NCBI GenBank assembly: GCA_964016885.1
Contig: OZ024759.1
Location: 4,960,001-5,024,000 of the forward strand
Reading direction: 5' to 3'
Length of the DNA stretch: 64,000 bases
Source: Eledone cirrhosa
Lineage: Eukaryota
The translations under genes and the position numbers were made by a program. Under the pieces are notes generated by a model. That model saw only the letters and a list, made by a program, of their open reading frames with translations, was not told the DNA's origin and searched no databases. The first letter of the stretch is position 1. The number at the start of each line of letters is the position of its first letter. Below, one piece after another: positions 15,032-28,514 of the stretch.

Positions 15032-15367
15032 AGCACATAGCTTAGTAGTTAGAGCATTGGCCTTGCAATCGAAAGGTTGTGAGTTCAATTCTCAGACCGG
15101 GTGATGTGTTGTTTCCTTGAGCGGGACACTTTATTTCCCATTGCTCCAGTTTACTCAGTTGTAGAAATGAGATGATAGGGACTGGGGTCCATATCATTCC
15201 ACTGCAAAGTGGTCCTGGAGGTGCCACGGCAAAAAACACCCAATACTCACTGTAAATGAGGTTGGTGTTAGGAAGGGCATCCAGCTGTAGAAATCAAGCC
15301 AGAATCAGTTTCCGTCCCACCCTTGTAAGCAGGGAAATGCAGACGTAAAATGATGATGATGATGATT
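15032..15367 (+). mobile_element. tRNA-derived SINE (family A) with RTE-like (GAT)n tail
   Basis: A/B-box-like head (..CTTAGTAGTTAGAGC..GAGTTCAATTCTC). Near-identical copies at 26261-26643 (+) and 27413-27748 (-). Related copies at ~20125, 43812, 44270 (-), 52762 and 55112. Confidence 0.8.
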
Positions 15368-15543
15368 GTAGCTCCAAAACAGTTTAAATCTACCTGTCTC
15401 ACAGGTGTTACCTTCATAACCAGCACTACACCCTCCACTAAAACACACACCTGTCTCTGTGTTACACTTAGCTGTGTGTTACACCTACTGTCATCTTGAC
15501 TCAATATATCATGTTAGAAACAAAGCTATACTACACCACTTAC

Positions 15544-15681
15544 CTGTCTGACAGTTGCTACCTTCATAACCAGCAGTACATCCTCCACTAGAACACACAC
15601 CTGTCTGTTTGTAACACCTGTTATTATCAGCACAGTGGCATGTGTGTTTACAGTTAGCTCCAAATTTACCAATGTCACAGG
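15544..15681 (-). CDS. EGF exon (138 bp, phase 1/1)
   Basis: Acceptor attacag, donor GTAAGT. Encodes ACDIGKFGANCKHTCHCADNNRCYKQTGVCSSGGCTAGYEGSNCQT. Confidence 0.9.
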
Positions 15682-15960
15682 CTGTAATATGAAATGTAAT
15701 GTAAACAGTTTGAACAATTTCAAGATATAATATTTAGAATTATTAACCTTTTTGATATCAAAATACCTGACACCGATTAACTGTTTTACTCTATATATTT
15801 ATCTAAAAACCTCCCACTATAGTGTTATGTAAGAACTTTTGTTAAGTTATGTTCCATCCAAAATATTAGTGATGAAAATCTCAGTTATATAACTATAGCC
15901 CTTCAAATTCTTCATTATATAAAAATTTGTTTAAATTTGTATGCAATATATTTCTTTAGT

Positions 15961-17543
15961 AATATGGTAATGAAAGGATTAATGACATAGACAGTGTCTT
16001 TAAGTAGAAATATGGTAATGAAAGGGTTAATGATATAGACAGTGTCTTTAAGTAGAAATATGTAATGAAAGGGTTAATGACATAGACAGTGTCTTTAAGT
16101 AGAGATATGGTAATGAAAGGGTTAATGACATAGACAGTGTCTTTAAGTAGAAATATGGTAATGAAAGGGTTAATGACATAGACAGTGTCTTTAAGTAGAG
16201 ATATGTAATGAAAGGGTTAATGACATAGACAGTGTCTTTAAGTAGAAATATGGTAATGAAAGGGTTAATGACATAGACAGTGTCTTTAAGTAGAGATATG
16301 TAATGAAAGGGTTAATGACATAGACAGTGTCTTTAAGTAGAAATATGGTAATGAAAGGGTTAATGATATAGACAGTGTCTTTAAGTAGAGATATGTAATG
16401 AAAGGGTTAATGACATAGACAGTGTCTTTAAGTAGAAATATGGTAATGAAAGGGTTAATGACATAGACAGTGTCTTTAAGTAGAGATATGTAATGAAAGG
16501 GTTAATGACATAGACAGTGTCTTTAAGTAGAAACTTGGTAATGAAAGGTTTAATGACATAGAGTCTATGTCATTAAGCCTTAATCCAAATATTCAATTAC
16601 TTTGAAGCAAGAAACAAATGCAAATATCCGACTAACTTGAATTTTCCATCGGATTTTAAAATTATTTTACGTATTTTTGCTATATTAGTTTTTTTAACTT
16701 AATATTATTATTTTTCTATTGTATTTCTTTATAATTATGTGAATACAAAAATATTTTATATTGTAACTTTTTATGTTAAATAATAAATGACTATAAAACT
16801 ATACAAAAACTATAATAATTTCACAAAAGTCGCATTCATAGGTATATCAACTTATGCGACCTCCTTTATTACTGCCTAATTTAAATGTGGCCTCTAATGG
16901 TAAAAAGGTTCCTCTCCTCTGACATAGACAGTATCTTTCATTAGAAATATGGTAATGAAAGGGTTAATGATATAGACAGTGTCTTTTATTAGAAATGTGG
17001 TAATGAAAGGGTTAATGACATAGACAGTGTCTTTTATTAGAAATGTGGTAATGAAAGGGTTAATGACATAGACAGTGTCTTTTATTAGAAATGTGGTAAT
17101 GAAAGGGTTAATGACATAGACAGTGTCTTTTATTAGAAATGTGGTAATGAAAGGGTTAATGACATAAACAGTGTCTTTCATTAGAAATATGGTAATGAAA
17201 GGGTTAATGACATAGACAGTGTCTTTTATTAGAAATGTGGTAATGAAAGGGTTAATGACATAGACAGTGTCTTTCATTAGAAATGTGGTAATGAAAGGGT
17301 TAATGACATAGACAGTGTCTTTTATTAGAAATGTGGTAATGAAAGGGTTAATGACATAGACAGTGTCTTTCATTAGAAATATGGTAATGAAAGGGTTAAT
17401 GACATAGACAGTGTCTTTCATTAGAAATGTGGTAATGAAAGGGTTAATGACATAGACAGTGTCTTTTATTAGAAATGTGGTAATGAAAGGGTTAATGACA
17501 TAGACAATGTCTTTCATTAGAAATATGGTAATGAAAGGGTTAA
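15961..17543. repeat. 48-bp minisatellite, two arrays (15961-16560 and 16921-17543)
   Basis: Unit TAGAAATATGGTAATGAAAGGGTTAATGACATAGACAGTGTCTTTCAT and variants. Confidence 0.95.
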
Positions 17544-17559
17544 TTACTACACCATATAC

Positions 17560-17697
17560 CTGTCTGACAGTTGCTACCTTCATAACCAGCAGCACATCCT
17601 CCACTAGAACACACACCTGTCTGTTTGTTACATTTACTGTTGTCAGCACAGTGACATGTGTTGCCACAGTTGGCTCCAAATTTACCTGATTTACAGA
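17560..17697 (-). CDS. EGF exon (138 bp, phase 1/1; weak donor GTATAT)
   Basis: Acceptor tttccag. Encodes VCKSGKFGANCGNTCHCADNSKCNKQTGVCSSGGCAAGYEGSNCQT. Confidence 0.8.
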
Positions 17698-17805
17698 CTG
17701 GAAATAAAATATGAGAACAATGACAATTATAACAACATTTACACTATACAAGATAATAAATATCACAATATTATATTATCTATATTATAATGTTGTCATC
17801 TATAC

Positions 17806-20009
17806 CAGAGGTCGGCATCCTTTTGGGGTGTGCGGGCCACATTGCTATGGAGTGTCACACAGGCAGGCCACATTTCTATGCAGTGTCTCACTGGCAGGCC
17901 ACATTGTTACGAAGTGTCTTGTCAGTTGCTCACATTGCTATACAGTGTCTTGTCAGCAGGCCACATTGCTATACAGTGTCTTGTCAGCAGGCCACATAGC
18001 TATGGAGTGTCTTGTCAGCAGGCCACATAGCTATGGAGTGTCTTGTCAGCAGGCCACATAGCTATGGAGTGTCTCACCAGCAGGCCACATTGCTATACAG
18101 TGTCTTGTCAGCAGGCCACATTGCTATACAGTGTCTTGTCAGCAGGCCACATAGCTATGCAGTGTCTCACCAGCAGGCCACATAGCTATGGAGTGTCTAG
18201 TCAGCAGGCCACATAGCTATGGAGTGTCTCACCAGCAGGCCACATTGCTATGCAGTGTCTTCTCAGCAGGCCATATTGCTATGCAGTGTCTCACCAGCAG
18301 GCCACATGGCTATGGAGTGTCTCACCAGCAGGCCACATAGCTATGCAGTGTCTCGTCAGCAGGCCATATTGCTATGCAGTGTCTCGTCAGCAGGCCACAT
18401 AGCTATGTAGTGTCTCAGCAGCAGGCCACATAGCTATGGAGTGTCTCACCAGCAGGCCACATAGCTATGGAGTGTCTTGTCAGCAGGCCACATAGCTATG
18501 TAATGTCTCGCCAGCAGGCCACATAGCTATGTAGTGTCTTGTCAGCAGGCCACATAGCTATGTAATGTCTCGCCAGCAGGCCACATAGCTATGCAGTGTC
18601 TCACCAGCAGGCCACATAGCTATGCAGTGTCTCGTCAGCAGGCCATATTGCTATGCAGTGTCTCGTCAGCAGGCCATATTGCTATGCAGTGTCTCACCAG
18701 CAGGCCACATAGCTATGCAGTGTCTCGTCAGCAGGCCACATTGCTATACAGTGTCTCGTCAGCAGGCCACATTGCTATACAGTGTCTTGTCAACAGGCCA
18801 TATAGCTATGGAGTGTCTCACCAGCAGGCCACATAGCTATGTAGTGTCTTGTCAGCAGGCGACATAGCTATGGAGTGTCTCACCAGCAGACTACATAGCT
18901 ATGCAGTGTCTCACCAGCAGGCCACATTGCTATGCAGTGTCTCACCAGCAGGCCACATAGCTATGCAGTGTCTCGTCAGCAGGCCATATTGCTATGCAGT
19001 GTCTCGTCAGCAGGCCATATTGCTATGCAGTGTCTCACCAGCAGGCCACATAGCTATGCAGTGTCTCGTCAGCAGGCCACATTGATATACAGTGTCTTGT
19101 CAACAGGCCATATAGCTATGGAGTGTCTCACCAGCAGGCCACATAGCTATGTAGTGTCTTGTCAGCAGGCGACATAGCTATGGAGTGTCTCACCAGCAGA
19201 CTACATAGCTATGCAGTGTCTCACCAGCAGGCCACATTGCTATGCAGTGTCTCACAAGCAGGCCACGTAGCTGTGCAGTGTCTCGTCAGCAGGCCACATT
19301 GCTATGCAGTGTCTCGTCAGCAGGCCACGTAGCTATGTAGTGTCTCGTCGGCAGGCCATGATATCAAATAAGTAATGAGAACATATGTAAAAAGAATGCA
19401 GTAATATAATAAAATACTCTGACATTTTTAATAAACTCTGACAAAGCCATGACACCTGGCAGTGTATTTAAACCAGGGTTGCCATTTGTTCAGTGAACAT
19501 ATTTACTTCTAATAATACTGAACACTTTTAACATAGAAAAATAAATAAACATTGATTATTATCAAATACAGTCCCTTACAGATGTTTTACTACCAGACAG
19601 TTAACTAAAATGAACAATTTTGAGGATGAAATGAAATAACTATGTCAGACATACTGACTTTTTTAGGTAAGTCTGGGTCATTTCACATCCCTGCCATACA
19701 GATACTATGTATGTACATATATACACGAATACACACACACAGTCCCTTTGACCTCGATGTCTGACTATTCTATCTCTCTGAGTTTGATTGTTTCTTACTG
19801 TCACATTAAAACATTACGTTCAGTTAAGTGAGTCTTGAGGTTAGACGTGTTCTCTAGTTGGTATTTTAATCCCAAATAATTCAGAACACATTTTCAGGGG
19901 ATGGCTTAGTCAAAGATTGAAACCTGTCGGCAGGCCAGATGTCGCCCGTGGGCCAGATGTGGACCGCGGGCCAGATGTGGCCTACGGGCCAGGGATTTAA
20001 TGACCCCTA
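17806..20009. mobile_element. Non-autonomous hAT (Charlie-like) element containing a 31-bp satellite
   Basis: 8-bp TSD ATCTATAC at 17798-17805 and 20010-20017. Ends are CAGAGGTC.. and ..GACCCCTA, with subterminal GCGGGCC motifs. The paralogous empty site (single ATCTATAC) is at ~14344. Confidence 0.8.
17835..19357. repeat. 31-bp minisatellite
   Basis: Unit GCAGGCCACATAGCTATGCAGTGTCTCACCA and variants, ~49 copies. Confidence 0.95.
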
Positions 20010-20375
20010 ATCTATACTATAGTGATATCAACTATTTTATATCTATATCATCTGTACTATATCCCTACAACCTATATTATATCTATAGCTATACTATATC
20101 TATTCCTCTATATTATATCTATTGAAGGTGCAAGGATTAGTGGTAAGAGCGTCAGGCTTACAATCATAAAGTTGTGAGTTTGATGCCTGAATCTTGCTGT
20201 GTTTTGTGTTCTTGAACAAGTCACTTTATTTCATGTTGCTCAAGATACTCTGCTATAGAAATGAGTTGTGATGTCACACTTTCAATAGGAACACACACCT
20301 GTCTCTAAGTTACACCTGCTGTTGTTTTGTTTCAATATATTATGCTACAACAAAGTTATGCTACATCACTTACCT

Positions 20376-23300
20376 TATTAGAAATATGGTAATGAAAGGG
20401 TTAATGACATAGACAGTGTCTTTCATTAGAAATATGGTAATGAAAGGGTTAATGACATAGACAGTGTCTTTCATTAGATATATGGTAATGAAGGGGTTAA
20501 TGACATAGACAGTGTCTTTCATTAGATATATGGTAATGCAGGGGTTAATAACATAGGTAGTGTCTTTCATTAGATATATGGTAATGAAAGGGTTAATGAC
20601 ATAGACAGTGTCTTTTATTAGATATATGGTAATGAAGGGGTTAATGACATAGACAGTGTCTTTCATTAGATATATGGTTATGAAAGGGTTAATGACATAG
20701 GTAGTGTCTTTCATTAGAAATATGGTAATGAAAGGGTTAATGACATAGACAGTGTCTTTCATTAGATATATGGTAATGAAGGGGTTAATGACATAGACGG
20801 TGTCTTTCATTAGATATATGGTAATGCAGGGGTTAATAACATAGGTAGTGTCTTTCATTAGATATATGGTAATGAAAGGGTTAATGACATAGACAGTGTC
20901 TTTTATTAGATATATGGTAATGAAAGGGTTAATGACATAGACAGTGTCTTTCATTAGATATATGGTAATGAAGGGGTTAATGACATAGACGGTGTCTTTC
21001 ATTAGATATATGGTAATGCAGGGGTTAATAACATAGGTAGTGTCTTTCATTAGATATATGGTAATGAAAGGGTTAATGACATAGACAGTGTCTTTTATTA
21101 GATATATGGTAATGAAGGGGTTAATGACATAGACAGTGTCTTTCATTAGATATATGGTAATGCAGGGGTTAATAACATAGGTAGTGTCTTTCATTAGAAA
21201 TATAGTAATGAAAGGGTTAATGACATAGACAGTGTCTTTCATTAGAAATATGGTAATGAAAGGGTTAATGACATAGACAGTGTCTTTCATTAGATATATG
21301 GTAATGAAGGGGTTAATGACATAGACAGTGTCTTTCATTAGATATATGGTAATGCAGGGGTTAATAACATAGGTAGTGTCTTTCATTAGATATATGGTAA
21401 TGAAAGGGTTAATGACATAGACAGTGTCTTTTATTAGATATATGGTAATGAAAGGGTTAATGACATAGATAGTGTCTTTCATTAGATATATGGTAATGAA
21501 GGGGTTAATGACATAGACGGTGTCTTTCATTAGATATATGGTAATGCAGGGGTTAATAACATAGGTAGTGTCTTTCATTAGATATATGGTAATGAAAGGG
21601 TTAATGACATAGACAGTGTCTTTTATTAGATATATGGTAATGAAGGGGTTAATAACATAGACAGTGTCTTTCATTAGATATATGGTAATGAAAGGGTTAA
21701 TGACATAGACAGTGTCTTTCATTAGATATATGGTAATGAAGGGGTTAATGACATAGACAGTGTCTTTCATTAGATATATGGTAATGCAGGGGTTAATAAC
21801 ATAGGTAGTGTCTTTCATTAGAAATATGGTAATGAAAGGGTTAATGACATAGACAGTGTCTTTCATTAGAAATATGATAATGAAAGGGTTAATGACATAT
21901 AGTGTCTTTCATTAGAAATATGGTAATGAAAGGGTTAATGACATAGACAGTGTCTTTCATTAGATATATGGTAATGCAGGGGTTAATAACATAGGTAGTG
22001 TCTTTCATTAGAAATATGGTAATGAAAGGGTTAATGACATAGACAGTGTCTTTCATTACAAATATGATAATGAAAGGGTTAATGACATATAGTGTCTTTC
22101 ATTAGAAATATGGTAATGAAAGGGTTAATGACATAGACAGTGTCTTTCATTAGATATATGGTAATGCAGGGGTTAATAACATAGGTAGTGTCTTTCATTA
22201 GATATATGGTAATGAAAGGGTTAATGACATAGACAGTGTCTTTTATTAGAAATATGATAATGAAAGGGTTAATGACATATAGTGTCTTTCATTAGAAATA
22301 TGGTAATGAAAGGGTTAATGACATAGACAGTGTCTTTCATTAGATATATGGTAATGAAGGGGTTAATGACATAGACAGTGTCTTTCATTAGATATATGGT
22401 AATGAAAGGGTTAATGACATAGACAGTGTCTTTCATTAGATATATGGTAATGAAGGGGTTAATGACATAGACAGTGTCTTTCATTAGATATATGGTAATG
22501 CAGGGGTTAATAACATAGGTAGTGTCTTTCATTAGAAATATGGTAATGAAAGGGTTAATGACATAGGCAGTGTCTTTCATTAGAAATATGATAATGAAAG
22601 GGTTAATGACATATAGTGTCTTTCATTAGAAATATGGTAATGAAAGGGTTAATGACATAGACAGTGTCTTTCATTAGATATATGGTAATGCAGGGGTTAA
22701 TAACATAGGTAGTGTCTTTCATTAGATATATGGTAATGAAAGGGTTAATGACATAGACAGTGTCTTTTATTAGAAATATGGTAATGAAAGGGTTAATGAT
22801 ATAGACAGTGTCTTTCACTAGATATATGGTAATGAAGGGGTTAATGACATAGACAGTGTCTTTCATTAGAAATATGGTAATGAAAGGGTTAATGACATAG
22901 GTAGTGTCTTTAATTAGAAATATAGTAATGAAAGGGTTAATGACATAGACAGTGTCTTTTATTAGAAATATGATAATGAAAGGGTTAATGATATAGACAG
23001 TGTCTTTCACTAGATATATGGTAATGAAGGGGTTAATGACATAGACAGTGTCTTTCATTAGAAATATGGTAATGAAAGGGTTAATGACATAGGTAGTGTC
23101 TTTAATTAGAAATATAGTAATGAAAGGGTTAATGACATAGACAGTGTCTTTCATTAGAAATATGGTAAGGAAAGGGTTAATGACATAGACAGTGTCTTTC
23201 ATTAGAAATATGGTAATGAAAGGGTTAATGACATAGGTAATGTCTTTAATTAGAAATATAGTAATGAAAGGGTTAATGACATAGACAGTGTCTTTCATTA

Positions 23301-24561
23301 GAAATATGGTAATGAAAGGGTTAATGACATAGACAGTGTCTTTCATTAGAAATATGGTAATGAAAGGGTTAATGACATAGGTAATGTCTTTAATTAGAAA
23401 TATAGTAATGAAAGGGTTAATGACATAGACAGTGTCTTTCATTAGATATATGGTAATGAAAGGGTTAATGACATAGACAGTGTCTTTCATTAGAAATATG
23501 GTAATGAAAGGGTTAATGACATAGACAGTGTCTTTCATTAGAAATATGGTAATGAAAGTGTTAATGACATATACAGTGTCTTTCATTAGAAATATGGTAA
23601 TGAAAGGGTTAATGACATAGACAGTGTCTTTCATTAGAAATATGGTAATGAAAGGGTTAATGACATAGACAGTGTCTTTCATTAGAAATATGGTAATGAA
23701 AGGATTAATGACATAGGTAATGTCTTTAATTAGAAATATAGTAATGAAAGGGTTAATGACATAGACAGTGTCTTTCATTAGAAATATGGTAAGGAAAGAG
23801 TTAATGACAGACAGTGTCTTTCATTAGATATATGGTAATGAAAGGGTTAATGACATAGACAGTGTCTTTCATTAGAAATATGGTAATGAAAGGGTTAATG
23901 ACATAGACAGTGTCTTTCATTAGAAATATGGTAATGAAAGGGTTAATGACATATACAGTGTCTTTCATTAGAAATATGGTAATGAAAGGGTTAATGACAT
24001 AGACAGTGTCTTTCATTAGAAATATGGTAATGAAAGGGTTAATGACATAGACTGTGTCTTTCTTTAGAAATATGGTAATGAAAGGGTTAATGACATATAC
24101 AGTGTCTTTCATTAGAAATATGGTAATGAAAGGGTTAATGACATAGACAGTGTCTTTCATTAGAAATATGGTAATGAAAGGGTTAATGACATATACAGTG
24201 TCTTTCACTAGAAATATGATAATTGTTTCTACTTTTGGCACAAGGCCTGCAATTACCCAGTCTATTACTGGTACTTTATTTTATCGACCCCATAAGGATG
24301 AAAGGCAAAGTTAACCTCGGCGGGATTTGAACTCAGAATGGCAAGGGCCGTAACTCTATGCGTCAAAGCATGGCGTCCGACCCTCTACCGATACTGCCAA
24401 TCCAATTAGATATATGATAATGAAAGGGTTAATGACATAGACAGTGTCTTTCATTAGAAATATGGTAATGAAAGGGTTAATGACATAGACAGTGTCTTTC
24501 ATTAGAAATATGGTAATGAAAGGGTTAATGACATATACTGTGTCTTTCATTAGAAATATGG
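20376..24561. repeat. 48-bp minisatellite, main array (interrupted by a SINE at ~24222-24400)
   Basis: Same unit as 15961-17543. It generates the MKDTVYVINPFITIFL pseudo-ORFs. Confidence 0.96.
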
Positions 24562-24840
24562 TAGTAGGAAGTTTAATTACTATACTGACAGTTGCTACCT
24601 TCATAACCAGCAGCACATCCTCCACTAGAGCATACACCTGTCTCTATGTTACACCTGATGTTGTTTTGTTTCAATATATTAAGCTACAGACTAAGCTATA
24701 CTACACAACACACTTCATTGGAACACACACCTGTCTCTGTGTTACATCTCGCTGTTTGTTACACGTCTCTGTATGTTACACCTGCTGTTGTCTTGACCCA
24801 CTATATTAAGTTATAAACAAAGCTATACTACACCACTTAC

Positions 24841-24978
24841 CTGTCTGACAGTTGCTACCTTCATAACCAGCAGTACATCCTCCACTAGAACACACACCTG
24901 TCTGTTTGTTACATTTACTGTTGTCAACACAGTGACATGTGTTGCCACAGTTGGCTCCAAATATACCATTTCTACAGA
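24841..24978 (-). CDS. EGF exon (138 bp, phase 1/1)
   Basis: Acceptor ttccacag, donor GTAAGT. Encodes VCRNGIFGANCGNTCHCVDNSKCNKQTGVCSSGGCTAGYEGSNCQT. Confidence 0.9.
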
Positions 24979-25712
24979 CTGTGGAAATAAAAATATGAGA
25001 ACAATGACAACAACAACAACATATAACACTATACAAGATAATCATCATCTTCATCATTACCATTTAATGTCCATTTTCTATGCTAGCATGGGTTAGATAT
25101 ACTGTCCCATTGTGAGAAAAGTTGGGTCAGATGGCCATGTCTTGCTTATGCAGAACTGATTTGGGATTGGTTTTGATGGCTGGATGCCCTTCCAAATGCC
25201 AACCACTTTACAGTGTGGACTGGGCACTTTTTGTTGTGTCACCAACTTGACCACTTTACAATGAGAGCTGAGCACTTTTTGTTGTGGCATTATCACAACC
25301 ATTTTACAGTGTGTGCTGGGCACTTTTTGTTGTGGCACTATCACAAGCACTTTATAGTGTGGGCTGGGCATTTTTGTTGTGGCACTATCACAACCACTTT
25401 ACAATGAGGGCTGGGCACATTTTGTGTCACCAACATGACCACTTTACAGTGTGGGCTGGGCATTTTCGTTGTGGCACTATCGCAACCACTTTACAGTGTG
25501 GACTGGGGACTTGAGTGGGGCAGTTGCATGGGGATTGAGGAGGTAGATTTAGGGGCATGGGTGAGGGGTGGGGATTTAGTAGCTCACTGACCTTTCTTCA
25601 ACCCATTCTCACACTGGCTACTGTGCTTTCAGAACACCTTCATCCACTGCAAGTAACAGAAACTATGTACCACTTCTTCATAACCAGCACCACACCCTCT
25701 ACTGTAACACAC

Positions 25713-25867
25713 CTGTCTTACAGTTGCTATCTTCATAACCATCACCACACACTTCACTGGAACACACACCTGTCTCTGTGTTACATCTAGCTGTTTGTTA
25801 CACCTGCTGTTGTTAGTACAGTGACATGTGTGTTTACAGTTAGGTCCAAATTTACCTGCTTTACACC
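25713..25867 (-). pseudogene. Frameshifted EGF pseudo-exon (155 bp = 138+17)
   Basis: Reads GCKAGKFGPNCKHTCHCTNNSRC, then a 17-nt insertion shifts the frame. The donor is GTGTGT and is followed by an extra satellite-like unit. Confidence 0.75.
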
Positions 25868-26030
25868 CTGAAAATAAAAATATGGAATGTTCTGCATGAG
25901 CATGTGGTCGAAGGACAGCTCCTTGCTCCGATAAATCATGTCACTTCTAACACATGTAGCATACATGTTTCCCTTCCATGTAATAACCCAATATATTAAG
26001 TTAGAAACAAAGCTATACTACACCACTTAC

Positions 26031-26167
26031 CTGTCTGACAGTTGCTACCTTCATAACCAGCAGCACATCCTCCACTAGAACACACACCTGTCTCTTTGTT
26101 ACACCTGCTGTTATCAGCACAGTGACATGTGTATTTACAGTTGGGTCCAAATTTACCTGTTTACAGA
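26031..26167 (-). pseudogene. EGF exon with 1-bp deletion (137 bp)
   Basis: Splice sites are intact, but TGTAAACAGG replaces the TGTAAAACAGG of its paralogue, so it reads VCKQVNLD out of frame. A homopolymer sequencing error is possible. Confidence 0.7.
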
Positions 26168-26902
26168 CTGTGGGTATAAAATATGAGAACAATGACAATT
26201 ACAGCAACATATAACACTATACAAGATAATAAATATCATAATTATATCATCTATATATATGGTGGCACATGGCTTAATGGTTAGAGCATTGGCCTTGCAA
26301 TTGAAAGGTTGTGAGTTCAATTCTCAGACCGGGTGATGTGTTGTTTCCTTGAGCAAGACACTTTATTTCACATTGCTCCAGTTTACTCAGCTGTAGAAAT
26401 GAGATGATAGGGACTGGGGTCCCTATCATTCCACTGTAAAGTGGTCGTGGAGGTGCCATGGCAAAAAAGCACCCACTACTCACTGTAAATAAGGTTGGTG
26501 TTAGGAAGGACATCCAGCTGTAGAAATCAAGCCAGAATCAGTTTCCGTCCCACCCTTGCAAGCAGGGAAAAGCGAACGTAAAATGATGATGAGTCTAACC
26601 CATGCTGGTGTGGAAGATGTACGTTATACGAAGATGATGATGATATAGTGTTGTCATCTATCATCTATACTATATCTCTACAACCTATATGATATCTATA
26701 TCCTATATATTATATCTAATCATCTGTATTATATCTATATCATCTGTATTATATCTATATCATCTGTATTATATCTATATCATCTGTATTATATCTATAT
26801 CATCATAACCAGCATCACACCTGTCTCTGTCTGTTTTTTTACACCTGCTGTTGTTTTGTTTCATATATCAAGTTAGAAACAAATCTGTACTACAGTACTT
26901 AC

Positions 26903-27040
26903 CTGTTTGACAGTTGCTACCTTCATAACCAGCAGCACATCCTCCACCTGAACACACACCTGTCTCTTTGTTACACCTGCTGTTATCTGCGCAGTGACAT
27001 GTGTATTTACAGTTGGCTCCAAATTTACCTGTTTTACAGA
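26903..27040 (-). CDS. EGF exon (138 bp, phase 1/1)
   Basis: Acceptor ttttcag, donor GTAAGT. Encodes VCKTGKFGANCKYTCHCADNSRCNKETGVCSGGGCAAGYEGSNCQT. Confidence 0.9.
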
Positions 27041-27256
27041 CTGAAAATAAAAATATGGAAGTCTAAATATATTTAATAATTCACATTAATTTCTGATATT
27101 TTCATATTTTACATGGTAGACATTATTTGAATTTTGAAAATGTGAGACCAGAGAAATTGCTTCATGTGACACTGTAAGAAAACATTAAAGAAAACATTAA
27201 AAAAATGAAATGTATATCTTCTTCTTTATCATTAAGAATGTCAGCAGCAGCAGCAC

Positions 27257-27290
<34 letters not shown>

Positions 27291-27826
27291 CAGAGAGAGA
27301 GAGAGAGAGAGAAGAGAGAGAGTAGTTAATAATAAATACAAAGACCAAAATCTAGAGAGGGCTCAATAAGATAAGAGTTTTATGTATATGTATATATATA
27401 CATATATATGTATCATCATCATCATCATCATCATTTTACGTCCACTTTTCCCTGGTTGCGAGGGTGGGACGGAAACTGATTCTGGCTTGATTTCTACAGC
27501 TGGATGCCCTTCCTACCACCAACCTTATTTACAGTGAGTGCTGGGTGCTTTTTTGCTGTGGCACCTCCACGACCACTTTGCAGTGGAATGATAGGGACCG
27601 CAATCCCTATCATCTCATTTCTACAGCTGAGTAAACTGGAGCAATGTGAAATAAAGTGTCTTGCTCAAGGAAACAACACATCACCCGGTTTGAGAATTGA
27701 ACTCACAACCTTTCGATTGCAAGGCCAATGCTCTAACCACTAAGCCATAGAGAGAGAGAGAAGTGAGAGAGTAGTTAATAATAAATAGAAACACCAAAAT
27801 CTGGAGAGGGCTCAATAAGATAAGAG

Positions 27827-27872
<46 letters not shown>

Positions 27873-28055
27873 TCAATACATAAACAGAGAAAGCCTTAAG
27901 CGATACTCTGACCAACACCATCTCACTCAACAAACATTAGGATATACCTAAGTATTATCCCAATTTAGTGTTTGGGGTGCTAACTAATCAGTATTTCGTG
28001 GATAGCTGGTTGTATTATTTTATATGAGACATTATTAAATAAATATCTCTTTCCC

Positions 28056-28179
28056 TCCAGACGGCCGTTTCATTATAAGATTTCTACAATTTGGAATAAA
28101 TAATTTCCAGGTTATGTAGAAACTTGTATATAATCCATAGTTTTATACACAAGTGGGCTCTTATAAACTCATCAGTGGA
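28056..28179 (-). ncRNA. Type I minimal hammerhead ribozyme, copy 1
   Basis: Minus strand reads UCCA-CUGAUGA-G-[stem II]-U-GAAAC-GGCC-GUC^UGGA. Stem I is UCCA/UGGA, loop III is palindromic GGCC, and the stem II base is UUAUAAGA/UCUUAUAA. Confidence 0.75.
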
Positions 28180-28514
28180 TGCCCAAATAATATCGATATA
28201 AGAATTATATCGACATTAATAGATTAGTGATGGTCTCCCTCAACGCTAAGAAGAGACTGGTAGTTCAGAAAATCCAGCAGTCCTCTCAAAGATAAAATAC
28301 ACGCTGTACCCAAAAGGGTAAAGGGAGGTCATCTTAAAATAAACCAATATACACGCTGGTCATTTAAACCTGTTAGGTATTAACCACATGTATAAGAACT
28401 CAATTGGATAGTAAAAGAATAACTATATGTATACACAACCAATGCACACATAGAGATAACACATAATAAATACATGTATGGATCCCCCATATACACACAC
28501 AGCCACTCTCTAAG

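Noticed and set aside
15032-15110. tRNA genes (here and at similar heads elsewhere)
   Set aside because: The tRNA-like heads continue into shared SINE bodies and tails, and the copies are diverged.
20370-24241. Hydrophobic MKDTVYVINPFITIFL repeat protein
   Set aside because: This is a 48-bp satellite. Frame-breaking 46/47-bp units occur freely, so there is no sign of coding constraint.
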